A stretch of DNA of 58,998 nt, counting the filler, from Sphacelaria rigidula (Eukaryota), in NCBI GenBank assembly GCA_964200075.2. It is 10 parts of 10 records of this genome, joined end to end, with 100 filler letters (N's around TTAATTAATTAA, not from the genome) between each part and the next. Parts side by side here need not be neighbours in the genome. Positions count along the whole stretch, not along the records: positions 35,462 to 41,271 come from CAXNAA020024284.1; positions 41,372 to 47,180 come from CAXNAA020024285.1; positions 47,281 to 53,089 come from CAXNAA020024286.1; 7 more parts are not named here. The stretch is one strand, 5' to 3'. Made by a program: the position numbers and the translations under genes. The notes under the pieces were generated by a model that searched no databases, was not told the DNA's origin, and saw only the letters and a program-made list of their open reading frames with translations. This document shows, piece by piece, positions 37,305 to 50,337 of the stretch (position 1 is its first letter; the number at the start of each line of letters is the position of its first letter).

Positions 37305-40300
37305 ATGCCGCACAGAAATAACGCTGGCTCTTCCCCTCAATTGGGAAACCAACCGCTTCGCCGGACCCGGAGTCGAACTACTGGCGGTTCGAAATCTTTC
37401 AAGAAGGGTGGCACGTCACCTTCAACTCATCGCCGCACGTATGCGAGCGCTGTTCGATCTTCGGGATCTGAAGACCACATTTCGAGCGAATCTCGTTCTT
37501 CAAGGCTTGAAGACAAGACTTTGATGCGGAGACCTGTTCTCTCATGTTCCGACCCGGACTCAGAGAACATGGTAGTGCAACCGGCCGAGTCATTGGTTCC
37601 TGACGAACATGTCAGCGAGCCCATAACGGTGGATTCCATCGCACACCCCTCGCTGGCCCCTGCTCTCCCGAATCCCAATGTGGAATCGGGAGTTAGGATC
37701 GCGCCCTCAGTCGAGTCGTTGCCCCTGGACACACGTGTCCAGCTTGGCCCTGTTCCGGTTGCTTCAACCGTGGCACCCCGTCGCTTGACGGCTGCCCACT
37801 CTCGAGATGATTCTGTCCCGACGAAGCGCATCGCTTCTGGAGCAAGGGACTTTGTCACACGGGCTGCTTCCGTTACGGACCCCCTTTGCACGACTCTCGA
37901 TAGTCCCATGCGCCCTACTGCACAGTCCAATGTCGGACCGGCAGTTGCAGCCATGCATGCTGCCATGCAATCTCTGCATCGAACCTCCTCGGCGTCGTCG
38001 CCGTCGCCAGCGCCAGCCCTCATCGAGGCATTTACGGCTTTTTGCCACGCAACGCTCCAAAATCAATCGGCGTCTGCTCATGTGCAATTCGATGATGATT
38101 CTGCACCTGCCACGCCCAAACCCGTACGTTTGGCGTCCCGTTCGGCGACATCACGCCCCCCGTCCGGCACTCATGATAAATTCAATGAACATGAGTCCAG
38201 CCCTTCCTCAACGTCGGAGCAGAGCCTTACTCGCGCTTCTGACCGGCGCCGCACACCAAGACTTGGCCACGACCACGTCTCCCGTTCTGGCAGTCATAAG
38301 GGCAACTCCCAGCAAAGCTTGACTTCATCACGCGTTTCTACACACCCGAAAAGCGTCACTCATGGATACACTTACGACGGTAGTTCACGTCATAGCTCCA
38401 ACTCACCACGCGCTCCGCAGCGCCAGGTGGATGCTAATCATGAACATACTCACGAGGATGCCTTGCGGCACAGATCACGGTCTTCGCGCGTTCACTCACG
38501 CTCGAAAAACACCGATCATGGACCCTCGCGCATTTCTCCTGCTCAGTAATTGCCACACAGCCGTCATGTACGCAATGATTACACTGTACATGCTGATGAT
38601 ATACAAGATATTTTTTCGGACATGTCACCGGCTCTGAAACCCTCAATTGAGGGATCTGGCCGCACCTCATCGCACAAGCGACGACCACGCACTGACCGCG
38701 AACCACCGTCCCGTGCCGACGCTGCGCTTATTCGTTCTCTGCAACAACGTTTGACAGAGTTTGAACGACAACTCGCAACAGCAACTATGGACACCAAGTG
38801 CACTACCGCTGCTGCTAAGCCTACGAGGGAGACCACCAACGCCGCTCCCACCACCGCCGCAGCCGCCACTACCGTGGTCACTGCGCCTTCTGCCGCAGCC
38901 ACTGCAGCCACGGTCCCAACTCCTGCCGCCGCCCAGCCTGCAGTAGACACAGATGCGGATAGTGGTCCCACCACTGGCCCTGTCGGGGACGTCTCCGTGC
39001 GCTCGCCTCCTTCGGTGGAGGATCTTCCTCCGCTCGGCGACGAGCATTGCCCCACCGGGCTTCTGTTGAGGTTATTCAAGGGCCGCCTCCGCGCGGAACA
39101 AGAAAAGCTCATTCATGACTGCGTACCAAGCCCCGGCACTAGCCCGCAACATACTAGACCAGCAACGCAATGCTGACGGGGCTTCCGCCCGCCTCCGTTT
39201 GGAGGAACATGCTGCCAAGCTGAAGGATTTTCAGCGACAGGCTTCAATCGCCCAAACCACCAAGAGGGCGGCGCACAGGGCGTTGCAGGAAGGGCAGACT
39301 GCAGTTTTGACGGCACAAAGGAGGGTTCGCGAGCTACAAGATCATGTTCGGCGCACTACGCAAGAAGCAGATTCGTCGATGGCGCGGGTGACTCACCATC
39401 AAGCCTCCCCGCCGCCTTCCGCAGACCACTTGCTTGACGCTCGACCTCCTCGACAGCCCACGCCCACCAGGTCGGACTACGTGATACCACGTAAGTCCGA
39501 TAGGGCGTCATCTGTCGCGGCCACCGCCGCCCCCACGCCGCCTCGTGCACCTGGTCCGGCGGTCACTGCCAGCCACACCACAGGCTTGCAACTTGCATCA
39601 CACGAACGAGTGTGGCTTTCTCGGTCTGCGGCCGACTATACCGGTCCCTTCCACCGAAACAATCACCTGCACTGTTCCCGCCACGCTTGGAACGCCATAT
39701 CCCAACGCATGTTAGCCGTTATTGGTGACTACGTGGAACAGGGCGGCTTCTTTCCGGACGACGGCGTGTCGGCGATCACCTTGGGCTAACTGGTCCTCCA
39801 GGCGACAATCGGCGATAGTCCGCATCTCCACCGGTACGTCGACACTGTCACCAACCTTTTTGCGGCGCTACGCGCCGCTTCTAACTCTGATCCCGCCGCG
39901 ACTCTCCCCGACGATAACGAAGATAAAGATGGGTGGACCACCACGACCTCCGATTGCCGGGGCCACAAGAAGAATCACCGTCGCGATGACGATGACAACA
40001 ATGGCGGGAATTCACGCTGCCGCCATGGCGGTGGAGGACCCTCTTCGGGCGGTTCCGGACCAAACCGCCCGCCCCGCAAGCCGAAAGGCAAGGACACCGG
40101 AGGTAACTCGTCCGGATCATCCGCATCGGCCTGGAACCGGTCCGGTGCAGATCTTCCCGCCTCGGGCTCGGAAACCCCCAGGCAAGCGGTTCCCAAGTTA
40201 GCTGATGTTTCGGCTCGCATTTTAGGTTTGTCCGATACGGATACACCTGACCGCCCTTTGTCTTCTACTGCAGCCCGCGCCTTAGCGACGGCTGCGGCTG

Positions 40301-41204
40301 ACAAAGACCGTTCCGAAGCTAGAAAAAAAGCAGCTTCCGATAGAGCTGAGTCTACCCGAGTAGCTGCAATACAGACACAGTATATTCAGATGGATGTGAA
40401 AAAACTCTGGCACATCAAAACCATGCCTGCCGCGGATAACGAAGATTCGGGCCAGTTTATTTCTGCCCTTATCACGTCCATCCGCCGTACTGTTTGTCAC
40501 ATCCTTCACTTGGTGGATGTGACTGGCACACAACGTTTCGAAAATTCCGACTGGGTAGAGGGCTGGCAGACGCCCTTGCACAAAGTAATGCATCGATCGA
40601 TCAGCCGCCGCTCTCCCGACCTCTCTGCTTCTTTGACGCAGGTTCTCGACGGATTCTTCGCGGAGATGGATCAGGATCGTTCCCAAGGGAAGACAGGCCC
40701 GCAATTACTCTCTGATTTGGAAAGGCGTCTCATAGGCTACTTTGACAAAAGCGATCAAGCCAGCATCACCCAGAGGCTGAATTCTTTTGTCGTCGCATCT
40801 GATGTCCCCTTCGCGGATTATCTTCGCGAATTTAAGCTTTTGGTTTCGGGTACGACGGGTGTCGGAGGCCAGAATGGACCGAGCGATGCAACGTGTCAGT
40901 CTTATGTCCGCAATAGCGTTGCTCAACAGTATCCGGCTCTGATGCTGTCGTTGTTTCCGGGTGTCTTGGCGCATCGCGAGGTGCCTTACGCCTCCGTCGA
41001 TACTATGCGATCTCCTTTTGTACGCCAAGAGAGTAATCTCACGCCTGTCATACGTGGCAAACCTTCAACGTCTGTGCGTTCACGACCTACGGTTGTGTCC
41101 TCCGCTCATGCCCATGGGGCTCGTGGCAGGAATTTGAGCTCGTCTCGCGCTTCATAGACCCCCGACCCAGTCGCCGGTTCAATAATTCATGTTCAGAGTA
41201 CGAA
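37305..41204 (+). pseudogene. Very long gag-like ORF of a retrotransposon (~1,300 codons; stops at 38547, 39787 and 41155; one frameshift near 39130)
   Basis: ORFs 37305 and 38550 share a frame, as do 39115, 39790 and 40228. Intronless. A disordered S/P/T/R/H-rich N-terminus and a coiled-coil-like segment precede a helical capsid-like block, ITQRLNSF...FADYLREFKLLV...YVRNSVAQQYPALM. Confidence 0.65.
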
Positions 41205-41271
41205 CCGGTCGCCCCGGTGGCTCAGTTGGTAACCTCGTAACCTTCTGATGGTTGAGTTGGGGGGTTCGATT
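41205..41271 (+). mobile_element. tRNA-derived SINE family 1 head, interrupting the gag-like ORF
   Basis: CCGGTCGCCCCGGTGGCTCAGTTGGTAACCTCG...GGTTCGAT with A and B boxes; cut by the contig end. Confidence 0.75.
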
Positions 41272-41371
41272 NNNNNNNNNNNNNNNNNNNNNNNNNNNNN
41301 NNNNNNNNNNNNNNNTTAATTAATTAANNNNNNNNNNNNNNNNNNNNNNNNNNNNNNNNNNNNNNNNNNNN

Positions 41372-41468
41372 GATGAAAAAAAAAAAAAAAAATCATGAGT
41401 GATCCTACGATAGTGCCCCCCCCCGCACTATCGTAGGATCACTCATGATTTTTTTTTTTTTTTTCATC
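41372..41468. repeat. Near-perfect hairpin: GATG-A17-24 bp stem, C8 loop, stem-T16-CATC
   Basis: TCATGAGTGATCCTACGATAGTGC and GCACTATCGTAGGATCACTCATGA are exact reverse complements. Confidence 0.9.
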
Positions 41469-44400
41469 TCCTGTTTCCGCCGTTCGACGTGGATGTACAA
41501 CGTGAGGAACGTGCAAGGGGTGTTACTAACCGTTAGACCGCGATGCGGGTAGTCCATCTGGATCACACATACTTTTTTCAAGTGAAATTGATGCCGATTC
41601 AGCAGGTGACCTACCCTCGCGGTCCAAGGGTTGACGGGCCTCATTTTTCAGACTTTCCCAGAGAAATTCTAACTTCTTCTCCATCTCCTAATAAAAGAGT
41701 ATGCTAAAAGGAACGTCGACGTTGGAACTTCCGAATCAGCTGCAATCAGTCTTGAGTTCATATATATTGCCTGACCTGATTGGGAACCCTTCTCTCCCAA
41801 TTTTCGGGGGGAATAGTGTAGAACCTGTTGTCCAAGATTTTGTCTGAAAGACAAGTCTCATTAGTTGGACCCCCCTGAAGAAGTAATGCCCCAGGGTTAG
41901 TCGTGGTGATGCAAATGGGTGGCGAGCTCACCTGATCATTTTCATGATCAGATGAACACCATGACAAAACGTGATAAAAGCTATCCACATCTATAGGACA
42001 ACACAAACTACATACGTCATCACGCGCTGTCGTCATGTTTCGGCTGGCCCGAGCAATATGACGAGATGGGCTCGAATCGTATACTGATAAAAGTATTCGA
42101 GGATAGTGTTCCGTATCGAAGCTAACATCATATTCGTGACATCAGGAAGAGTGATACTACGGTAGGGATACAGAAATATTTTTTGGGTTTAGAACTGTTA
42201 GGAGCCCTTTATTTCATCCAAAACACGACCTTTGAAAATATGCGAGAGTACACCAAGATTACTATTCCAAAGTGCGGGGGATATCCCGAATAAATCTACA
42301 AACGGGGATGCCCTGACCTATATTCTTGTGCATCTAGAATCGTTAGAAGCCCCTGAACAAGACAAAATTTCGCGAAAAAAGTGCACCCCTACCTACCGTA
42401 CAGCATTGCTCGGAACGGATTTGTTTTTTTGGGCATCGAGTATCTCATGGTTCACATCAAGACGGTCAAACCATCTAAGACGGCGTTCACCCCTCTGAAG
42501 GCCCGTGATCTCACCGGAAGCAACAATGTTGTCGTGAGATGTGAGAGTAAAGCAGTCATTGAGGGTGGGTTTCATCGTTCGCTCTATCTGGCCACAAAGT
42601 TTCATTCCGTGTGTGCTTTTCTCGTCTGAATCACTGGCGTATGCTTACAGCTACACATAGATATCCTACTCAGGGATATCAAGGGCTTCAGCACCAAGCT
42701 ACTACTGCAGAAAGCCTATCGGGTCTCGTGGAAGGGCATTTCGGAACTGAACGGTTGATATTTCACCATCTGACCGCCTCTCACTCTCAATATATTGCGA
42801 CAACATTCGTCAAAAGTTTTGTGCACGAAGGCGCTAAATAATCGACGTGGTCAGAAGACAAGGAAAAAATGCACATGCTCTTTGCCATATCGCATGGAAG
42901 GCGCCGCGGATTTTGAATCTGATTGCGCCAATATTCCCGTCGTATCACGGGCTTTTACGGGGGTCATGACTATTTCGGACGATTCAAACCGTCTTGGATG
43001 TCAATGTCGAACAACCTCCGCGGTTCCGCAAAACAAATCCATTCCTACTCAAAGTCACGAACATATGATAAGTCATATATCTCCGTCTCATGGGAGAAAT
43101 TGGGGTATACTGCCACATATGGGATGTGGGAAAATGGACTTGAATAAAAGGGGCGCAACACATCATCTTACTTGAGGATGCGCAGTTCGATCGTGAACGT
43201 GACATACCGCAACCGTAATCGAACCCTTCATTCATGACGGGTGAGTGGGCCGATTACTGGTCGCACGACCCCGAGCCACCCCCTCGATGGTGGTCAACGT
43301 GATCGGGTCGACAATCATTCGATTACTCCCGTGTATTTTCCCTCATACCCCCCATCGTACGCGGCGAACGCGTCATGGAGCACCTTCGGGAATATCCTCC
43401 GCCGCTTCTTAGAGGCGAGGGAGCGGGCGTACTCAGACGGGGTGATCATTTGCGTCCTCCCGCCCCCATGATCCCGAACAAATTGTCATATTGGAATCAA
43501 CCATTTATGCTGATATCCAAGTGTTCTGGTACTTGGATGCATTTCCAACCAATCGGTCGACATCATTACAGCATATTCAAACATTTTTTATTAGTATCAG
43601 TGCTTTTGCTACTGAAAATATATATATTCAAAACAATCGCTCAATCTGTAAAGTACCGACACTACCACACCTACCACATATAGAAGGGGCGCGAAAATAC
43701 ACAGAAACTTGCACACCACACTCGACCCGAGGCACTGTACCCTGAAACACAAAAAAGTAACAAATGCTGGAAGAATATCACCACTCAAGCCATATCCTAC
43801 GGGCGATACTGTAGTTACTCGCGCGGTGTAGAAGCCATGTAGACCGCGCTTGCCGAGTGAAAATATCGCGACTCCAAGCGAAATAATCTTGAAAAAAAAA
43901 TACCCTACCGGTATCTCACAATACACATTTGCCATCGGACTTTGCCCTCCACTATACAGTACCTGATCTCAAAAGTCTCTGACCCGCAACGCCGTGCTTA
44001 GACGCACGGTTGCACTGTTGTCGAGTATGCAGGCAGATATCCGTATGCACACACCATATCATACCGGACACGGTTAACTCACCCGTCTTTTCGATCTCAG
44101 CAGATCTACAAATATGTTGGGCCAGGCCCACTCATTTTTCGCTCTTCTTTCTTCACCTCCCTATTTCCCTTTTTTTCCATCTCTATGAATCTTCCCTCCG
44201 TGCTTACGGGGAGTAACAGCAAACATCGTTACAACAGTAGTGTGGCAACACTCTTTCTTCAGATTTTGGAACAGGAAGAAAATCTCAACCTCTTTTTTTC
44301 ACAGTAGTATGCTGTCTTCGGTTCTCTCGTACGCGAAAATAAACACATCCACATCCACAAAATCAAAAATCGTCTTCAATCAAAGACGAAACGAAATGCT

Positions 44401-44747
44401 CAACGGCATTAAAATGTAACCGCCAAACTTGATTGTCACTTGACTTCAGGACAACAAAGCCTCGCGTCTTCATGCTGAAGGCATCATTCTGTCGAGGGCC
44501 CCAGCGCTGAAGGTGGTGCGGGGTATGTTGTGCGTCCGCACATCAGGCTCACTTTTCAAAGCCCAATCCCTTCCACGCTTACCGCCATCCTCGCCCCGCA
44601 CCGGGAACTTACATTCGATACAAATCATAAAAGCGAACAACTTTTTGCCGCAAAAGCAGCGAAGAAAAATCGATAAAAAAAGCATCAAAACTGTAGCCGT
44701 TTGTACGAAAAAAGGGTTCACTCAACAACACTCTCTCCGCTCCGCTT

Positions 44748-44980
44748 TCTCTCCCTCTCCTCCATTTCTTGGCAGCAACGCACGAATTTGACAAGGACGA
44801 AGAACTAGAGGGGCACAGCAGAAGAGTCCCAAACTGTTACACAGAATGAGGAAATATCACCGCTCACTTGAAAGACTGTCCTCTCTCCCTCCTCTACATC
44901 TCGGCAGCAACGCGCGATCAAGAACTAAAGGCGCACAAAATAAAGCCCCAAACTGCTACACACGAGGAAATATCACCGAC
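44748..44980. repeat. Diverged tandem duplication (~130-bp period)
   Basis: GGCAGCAACGC...AAGAACTA...CCCAAACTG...GAGGAAATATCACCG occurs twice. Confidence 0.7.
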
Positions 44981-46046
44981 ATTTTTTCTTTGCCACACTT
45001 TTTGCTTAGATCATCGCAGTTGCCTCTCTCCTCCCTCATCTTTCGCCGTTGCTATTTTTAGAGCAGACGAAAAAAAGCCCCAAATCTTGGGAGTTGAGAA
45101 TTTTGAGTCAGCTTGCAAATAGTTTCCAGCGCACCCGGAAATATCGGCATCAACCATTCCTCCTTACTTGTACATCAGTTAACTGGACAATGCCGACCCT
45201 CCACTTAGTGCTATTCTCTCCAGGTAGCTATTCTACTCAATCTAACGTCAAGACCGAATGTTAACACACCAAATACAGTCCCTTCAATTCCTCCCTCTGC
45301 TCCCCCCCCCCCCCGCGCGTCAAAGTCAATCCGGTGCTACCAAATCGTGCTCGTTTTCCTCCACCCAAAAGNNNNNNNNNNATTCTACCGCCAAAACCTA
45401 ATTTTAACACCCCAAATACCGTCCCTTCAATTCCCCCCCCCCCCCCCCCCCCCCCCCCGGCGCGTCAAAGTCAATCCGGTGCTACAAAATCGTGCTCGTT
45501 TTCATCACCCAAAATGCTCTCAACGCGTCCTGTTTTCGTCCTCGCGCGTTCCCGAAGAACTTGACGTTGATTCCCCTCCTCGTGAGATGAACATCAGCGG
45601 CGGATGCTTGCGATGGCATTGTTGTAGGCGGGGACGGCCCTGTGTTGCAGTGTCGAGACGTGATCAGAAGCATGAATAATGAGGGGAGTGGCGGAGGGTA
45701 AGTTCTCAGGATAGTTGAATCGTAGAGACGGGCCGATGGTGGCGGTGGGGCGTGAGACAGACGACCAATCTCCACACTCCTTGGCGGGTTTGACATGAAC
45801 TGCCTGACCAATGACATCCGCCATCAAATTTGAACGCTATCAAATTTGAACGCCTTTGTACGTGACAGGCCAGTAGGGAAACCAGTCCATGACTGCATGA
45901 GGGCGTATTTTTAGTGCACTTTTTTTCATGTTTTGCGTTGTAGAGAGTGTGTGCTAGCCGAGCTTTCACTCGAGTGAGGTTATACAAAGTTCTCTCCCTC
46001 GATAGACCAAGGGCATCTACTTGTTTTGCCCGACCGTTTCCTCCAA

Positions 46047-46275
46047 GTGAAAAGGCTGGCCCGATTTTGTCAGCTCTCCCATGTGGGACACAAAGCCAAG
46101 AAAGAGCGCTGATGGAACAAGAAATCTTTGAAACCCCGTGACTGCGTACAGCATAAAATCTAGGTGAAAAGGCTGACCAAATTTTGTTAGCTCTTCCATG
46201 TGAAACACAAGCCAACAACGAGCGCTGATGCAAGAGACTTTTGGAATTATGCGACCGTGTTCAGCATAAACCTAG
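46047..46275. repeat. Diverged tandem duplication (~118-bp unit)
   Basis: GTGAAAAGGCTG...ATTTTGT.AGCTCT.CCATGTG...GAGCGCTGATG...CAGCATAAA occurs twice. Confidence 0.75.
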
Positions 46276-48485
46276 ACTCCCAGGACTTGCACCTCAAGGA
46301 CATCCGCCATGCTAGTGCTCGTTACTGTTGTACTCCACGTCACATCTGTGTCTGCACAGGATCACCTGTGAATTGAAGCCGACAAAATCGTAGCGTTGAA
46401 GATCAACATCGCGTTCGTTTTCTTTTTCCGTTGGTTTAATTTTGTGGGGGGGTGTACTCATGATCATGCATGATTTTGTCGGGGGGGGGGGGGGGGGGAG
46501 GGTCGCGGTCATTTTAAAAAATATCAAGATTGAAAATACCACAGAGCAGGGGTNNNNNNNNNNTTTTTTTTGTTTTTTTGTGTTGTGGTGTGTGGGTTTG
46601 TATTTGTTGTTGTTTGTGATTTTGGGTGGGGGGGGGGGGAGTGTTGTCCTCGTATCTCTTAAATATGTTCATATTCGATATACTCCAGTATCGAGGTGTT
46701 CGGGTAGCAACATTCAAGTAAGTGCAGCAGATGGAGATGAAAGCACCCGAGCCTGTCACTTGCTCGTCGGAAGATGCACCGTTGAAGACCTGGCGGGCGG
46801 CTCAAGTATCTCTCATCATGAGTACCATCAGCTCTTCTGATACTGACGATGTGATTACTTGGAGACGCCAGGGTCTCCAACGGTGCAGCTTCCAATGACG
46901 AAAGTTGCAGGCTCGGGCGCTTTCATATCTATTCTTCATGCCATGTTGCTGCCTTGCCATCGTAGCATCAACAAATGCACCCATGGGTGGGACGACATTG
47001 TACACCCCTCCCTCTTCCCCCGCCTCTACTGAAAAAACGAATCAAATTCCAACTTTCGAGAATATGGTGTGCGGCTACGGAGGCGCGCGCGGGGGGGGGG
47101 GGGGGGGGGGGGGGAGTGGGGTCCAAAGGACCGGCGGGGGTTTTTGGGGAAACCGCGTTTCAAAAAAAGCTTGGGGAAAANNNNNNNNNNNNNNNNNNNN
47201 NNNNNNNNNNNNNNNNNNNNNNNNTTAATTAATTAANNNNNNNNNNNNNNNNNNNNNNNNNNNNNNNNNNNNNNNNNNNNGTGGGGAAAGCACTGTTTCA
47301 GGCTTGAGCCTCATCTCGAAGTTAAACCTCAATTCTCACAATTTGTTGTTATACGCTTCTCAGTGTCAGTTGGCATCGAAGCATTAGGGTCCAGGACGGC
47401 AGGATCGCTAACGGCAATATTATTAGAAAAAAATCTAGAATTTGATAAATCAAGATAGATATGCTTTCGTGAGTACTCTAATATAATACTATTGAGTTCC
47501 GATGTGTCGCAGAAAACTACGCAAAACATGCAACAATATCTTTTTCACAAGTCCCATACGGGCACGACAAAAAGCGGGGACGCTTCGCACGAAATCGAGG
47601 TTTAAAAGAACACACGGGTCCCGAGGAAGGAAGGGGGTTGAGCATATATATGGCGAAACTAATCATGCCACGGTACGGGTTGCACATTTGGGCCCAGACT
47701 TTTCTCATTAAGGGGCTCCTAAAGCTACCGTCTGCACGAGAATATGGGCCAGGATATTTTCGTTTCCAAACTTCATGCGAGAAATAGCCAACCCCACTGG
47801 AACGCTAATCGTGGCGTGCTGTCACGTATTCCGTAATAAATCTCTCTTTTTTGGATGAGATGAGTTCCTGACCATTGAAACCTTGGGGATATTGCGTGCA
47901 ATCCTGCCGTGGCATGACTCAAAGATCTATAGAATGAATCTATAGGATATTAGCGTGAAGACAATAGTTCAGCCCACTTTCCCAGGCCAAATTTTCGTAT
48001 TGGTGAAAAAATAAGCCTGGATTTTGTGAGAAACGGGAAAACAAATTCCCGTTCACGTGTCGCTTCTGCCTTCGTCTCACTCGCCGCCAAGACAATCGCG
48101 GCCCTATTTTGCCTTCCCCAAAACGCTTCGTTCGGTACAGACTATCAATAATGGGCCTGCAAATGCGACTGCATAGTGACAAGCTTGAGCCCCTCGCCTG
48201 ATGCTGCTGAACGCTCCCCTCCTCCCGGTGTATACAAGTCGCGGTTTGGTACCCCGCTTCCCTAACGTTCATGAGTGAGAGTTCATGCCCAAAGTACTGT
48301 TGTAGTGTGGCCGAAGTAGACAAGCCGCAATCTCTCCCCGCGACTTTTTTTTTTCGGTTCTCGATTGGGGTAGGAATGAGCGTGCTGTTGCGCAAGACCT
48401 TTTCCACCTAAAGCTTTATTTAAATAGGCCGGCTATTTCTAGTCTTGGTTTGTAGTGTTTTCGTTTGGTTTGATTTTGTTCTGGT

Positions 48486-48603
48486 TCGTTTTCGCTTCGC
48501 TTCGTTTCGTTTCGTTTCGTTTCGTTTCGTTTCGTTCCGTTTCATTTTTTCTTGTGTTCTTGTTTTGTTTCGTGTTGCTTTGTTTTGTTTCGTTTCGTTT
48601 CGC
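48486..48603. repeat. (TTTCG)n microsatellite
   Basis: Tandem TTTCG pentamers read directly. Confidence 0.85.
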
Positions 48604-50337
48604 TTGCTTAACAGCTTATGTTATGTGTCTGTTCCACTCTCGTGTTTTCTTTCCTTTCCTTCATCGAACATTTCCGTTTCGTTCTATCTCGGGTTCGTCT
48701 ATCATGTGACCCCAGCTGGTTCCTTGGATGATGAGTCAACGTGCGACAACCAATCGATCAGTCAATGTCGTCTTACCACGAGCAACAATCTCGCTCATAT
48801 TCTACTTGTAAGCCTAATGAAACGACAAGCACGTAATAAAGCCACAAAAACACCCGCTTTGGTGCTTCTCCCACCTCAACTGGCCCCGACTTAAATTCCG
48901 GTTACCTACTGTATGAGGTATTTCTCTTGGTGTCACGTCCATCATCCAATCGGCCTGGCGTCGCGGATACGCTCCCCCTTCCATCGAAAGGAAACGCGTA
49001 AGTACCAGAACGCCACGCACACAATTAGTTGTTGGGGGTCTAAAACAACGAAAAATAATATGAAAACGCAGAACATGAACACGAGAAAACGAAGAAAAAA
49101 CTTGCCTGCTGAAATGCCACGACCTATGATCACGTCATGCTCCATGCTGTCACTTACGCGCGAGAACGGAAAAAGACACAAGAAAGGTCAGATTGCCGTA
49201 CTATCATGACCTCAAAGAAGAGGTCAGTGCTGGAAATGCTACGGATGGATATCGATCACGTCATGCATCATGCAGCCAACGCCCGAATTTGCGAAAAATC
49301 GCCGACAAGACAGACTTATACGATAACGATACCCCAAAGGAGGCGTACTTGACAAGGTTCAGTAACACTGCTGGTAACATGGCGAAACTATACGTGTAAC
49401 TGCTCGTGTTTCCCCCCCCTTTTGCTATCTTGTATGCACAGAACAAAGAAGGGGCGCCAGGAACTCCCGAGGAAATACGCCCGGTTGTCGTCAAAGCCGC
49501 AACACATCTTCAAGGCAGGCCACCAGCCGGGTAATAACGAAGGCTGCCGTAGATACCGAAGATATAGATTAGGGAGTAATCCCGAGATAGGAAGGGGGGG
49601 GGCTGTTCGGTTCCACGAAACAGGAGGAATCGTGGGTGTGTTGTGCGATCCTACTCAGTCGACGTGCGCCTTTACGCAGCTGAAATGTCGTGGGGCGATG
49701 CTAATGTGTGCGTTGTGTTGACACAAAAAGAAACGGCCTCATGAAAATTGCTTGTTGCAGCGGCACCTTGAAGTGATGTGGACTCCTTCGTGCAAGATGT
49801 GGGTCATGACCCCCCCCCCCCCCCTTGCCCCCAATCGGGAGATTACTTCAGCTAAGAACGGAATACCGCAGCAGCTTACTGGGTTCAAAATTCCCCGAAG
49901 GCAAGCTTTGGCCCCCGGATACTCACCCCTAGAGGGTGCTATTAAGAACGGGCTGGGGGGGGGGGGGGGGGTATATCCGGGATACAATATGTTTCGTTAG
50001 TCTCAAGCGGTAGCCGAATGATATATGTGTCATTTCTTCGACGTTCTCCGTAACAGTATCTTATTTGGCGATATGGTGCAGAAATGAACGCCGGGGCCGA
50101 AAAGGGGGGTACCATGAAAGCAGGGTTGGGGTGCAAGGTAGCGGTGTTACACTGCTTAACTCTCGGTTTGTATTTCTTCCCCCCCTTCGGCGGAGCAGGT
50201 CGGCAGCAGATCTTCGAATCGAATGCAGCGGTTCTTGTCCCTCTCCGGAACATTCACGCTACGGCTGCTACTGTCTCTGTATTTTTCGCCATGACGGGAC
50301 TTTGGTTTTATAGCCCCTCCCCTACACATGCGCGGTA

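Noticed and set aside
41205..41271. Functional tRNA gene (also 22058-22125 and 56214-56282)
   Set aside because: No complete cloverleaf could be built, and the heads run into shared non-tRNA bodies, as in SINEs.
45261..45515. Tandem ~110-bp duplication
   Set aside because: The two copies flank a 10-N scaffold gap, and a similar overlap occurs at the 27181-27190 gap, so an unmerged assembly overlap is likely, although the copies are not identical.
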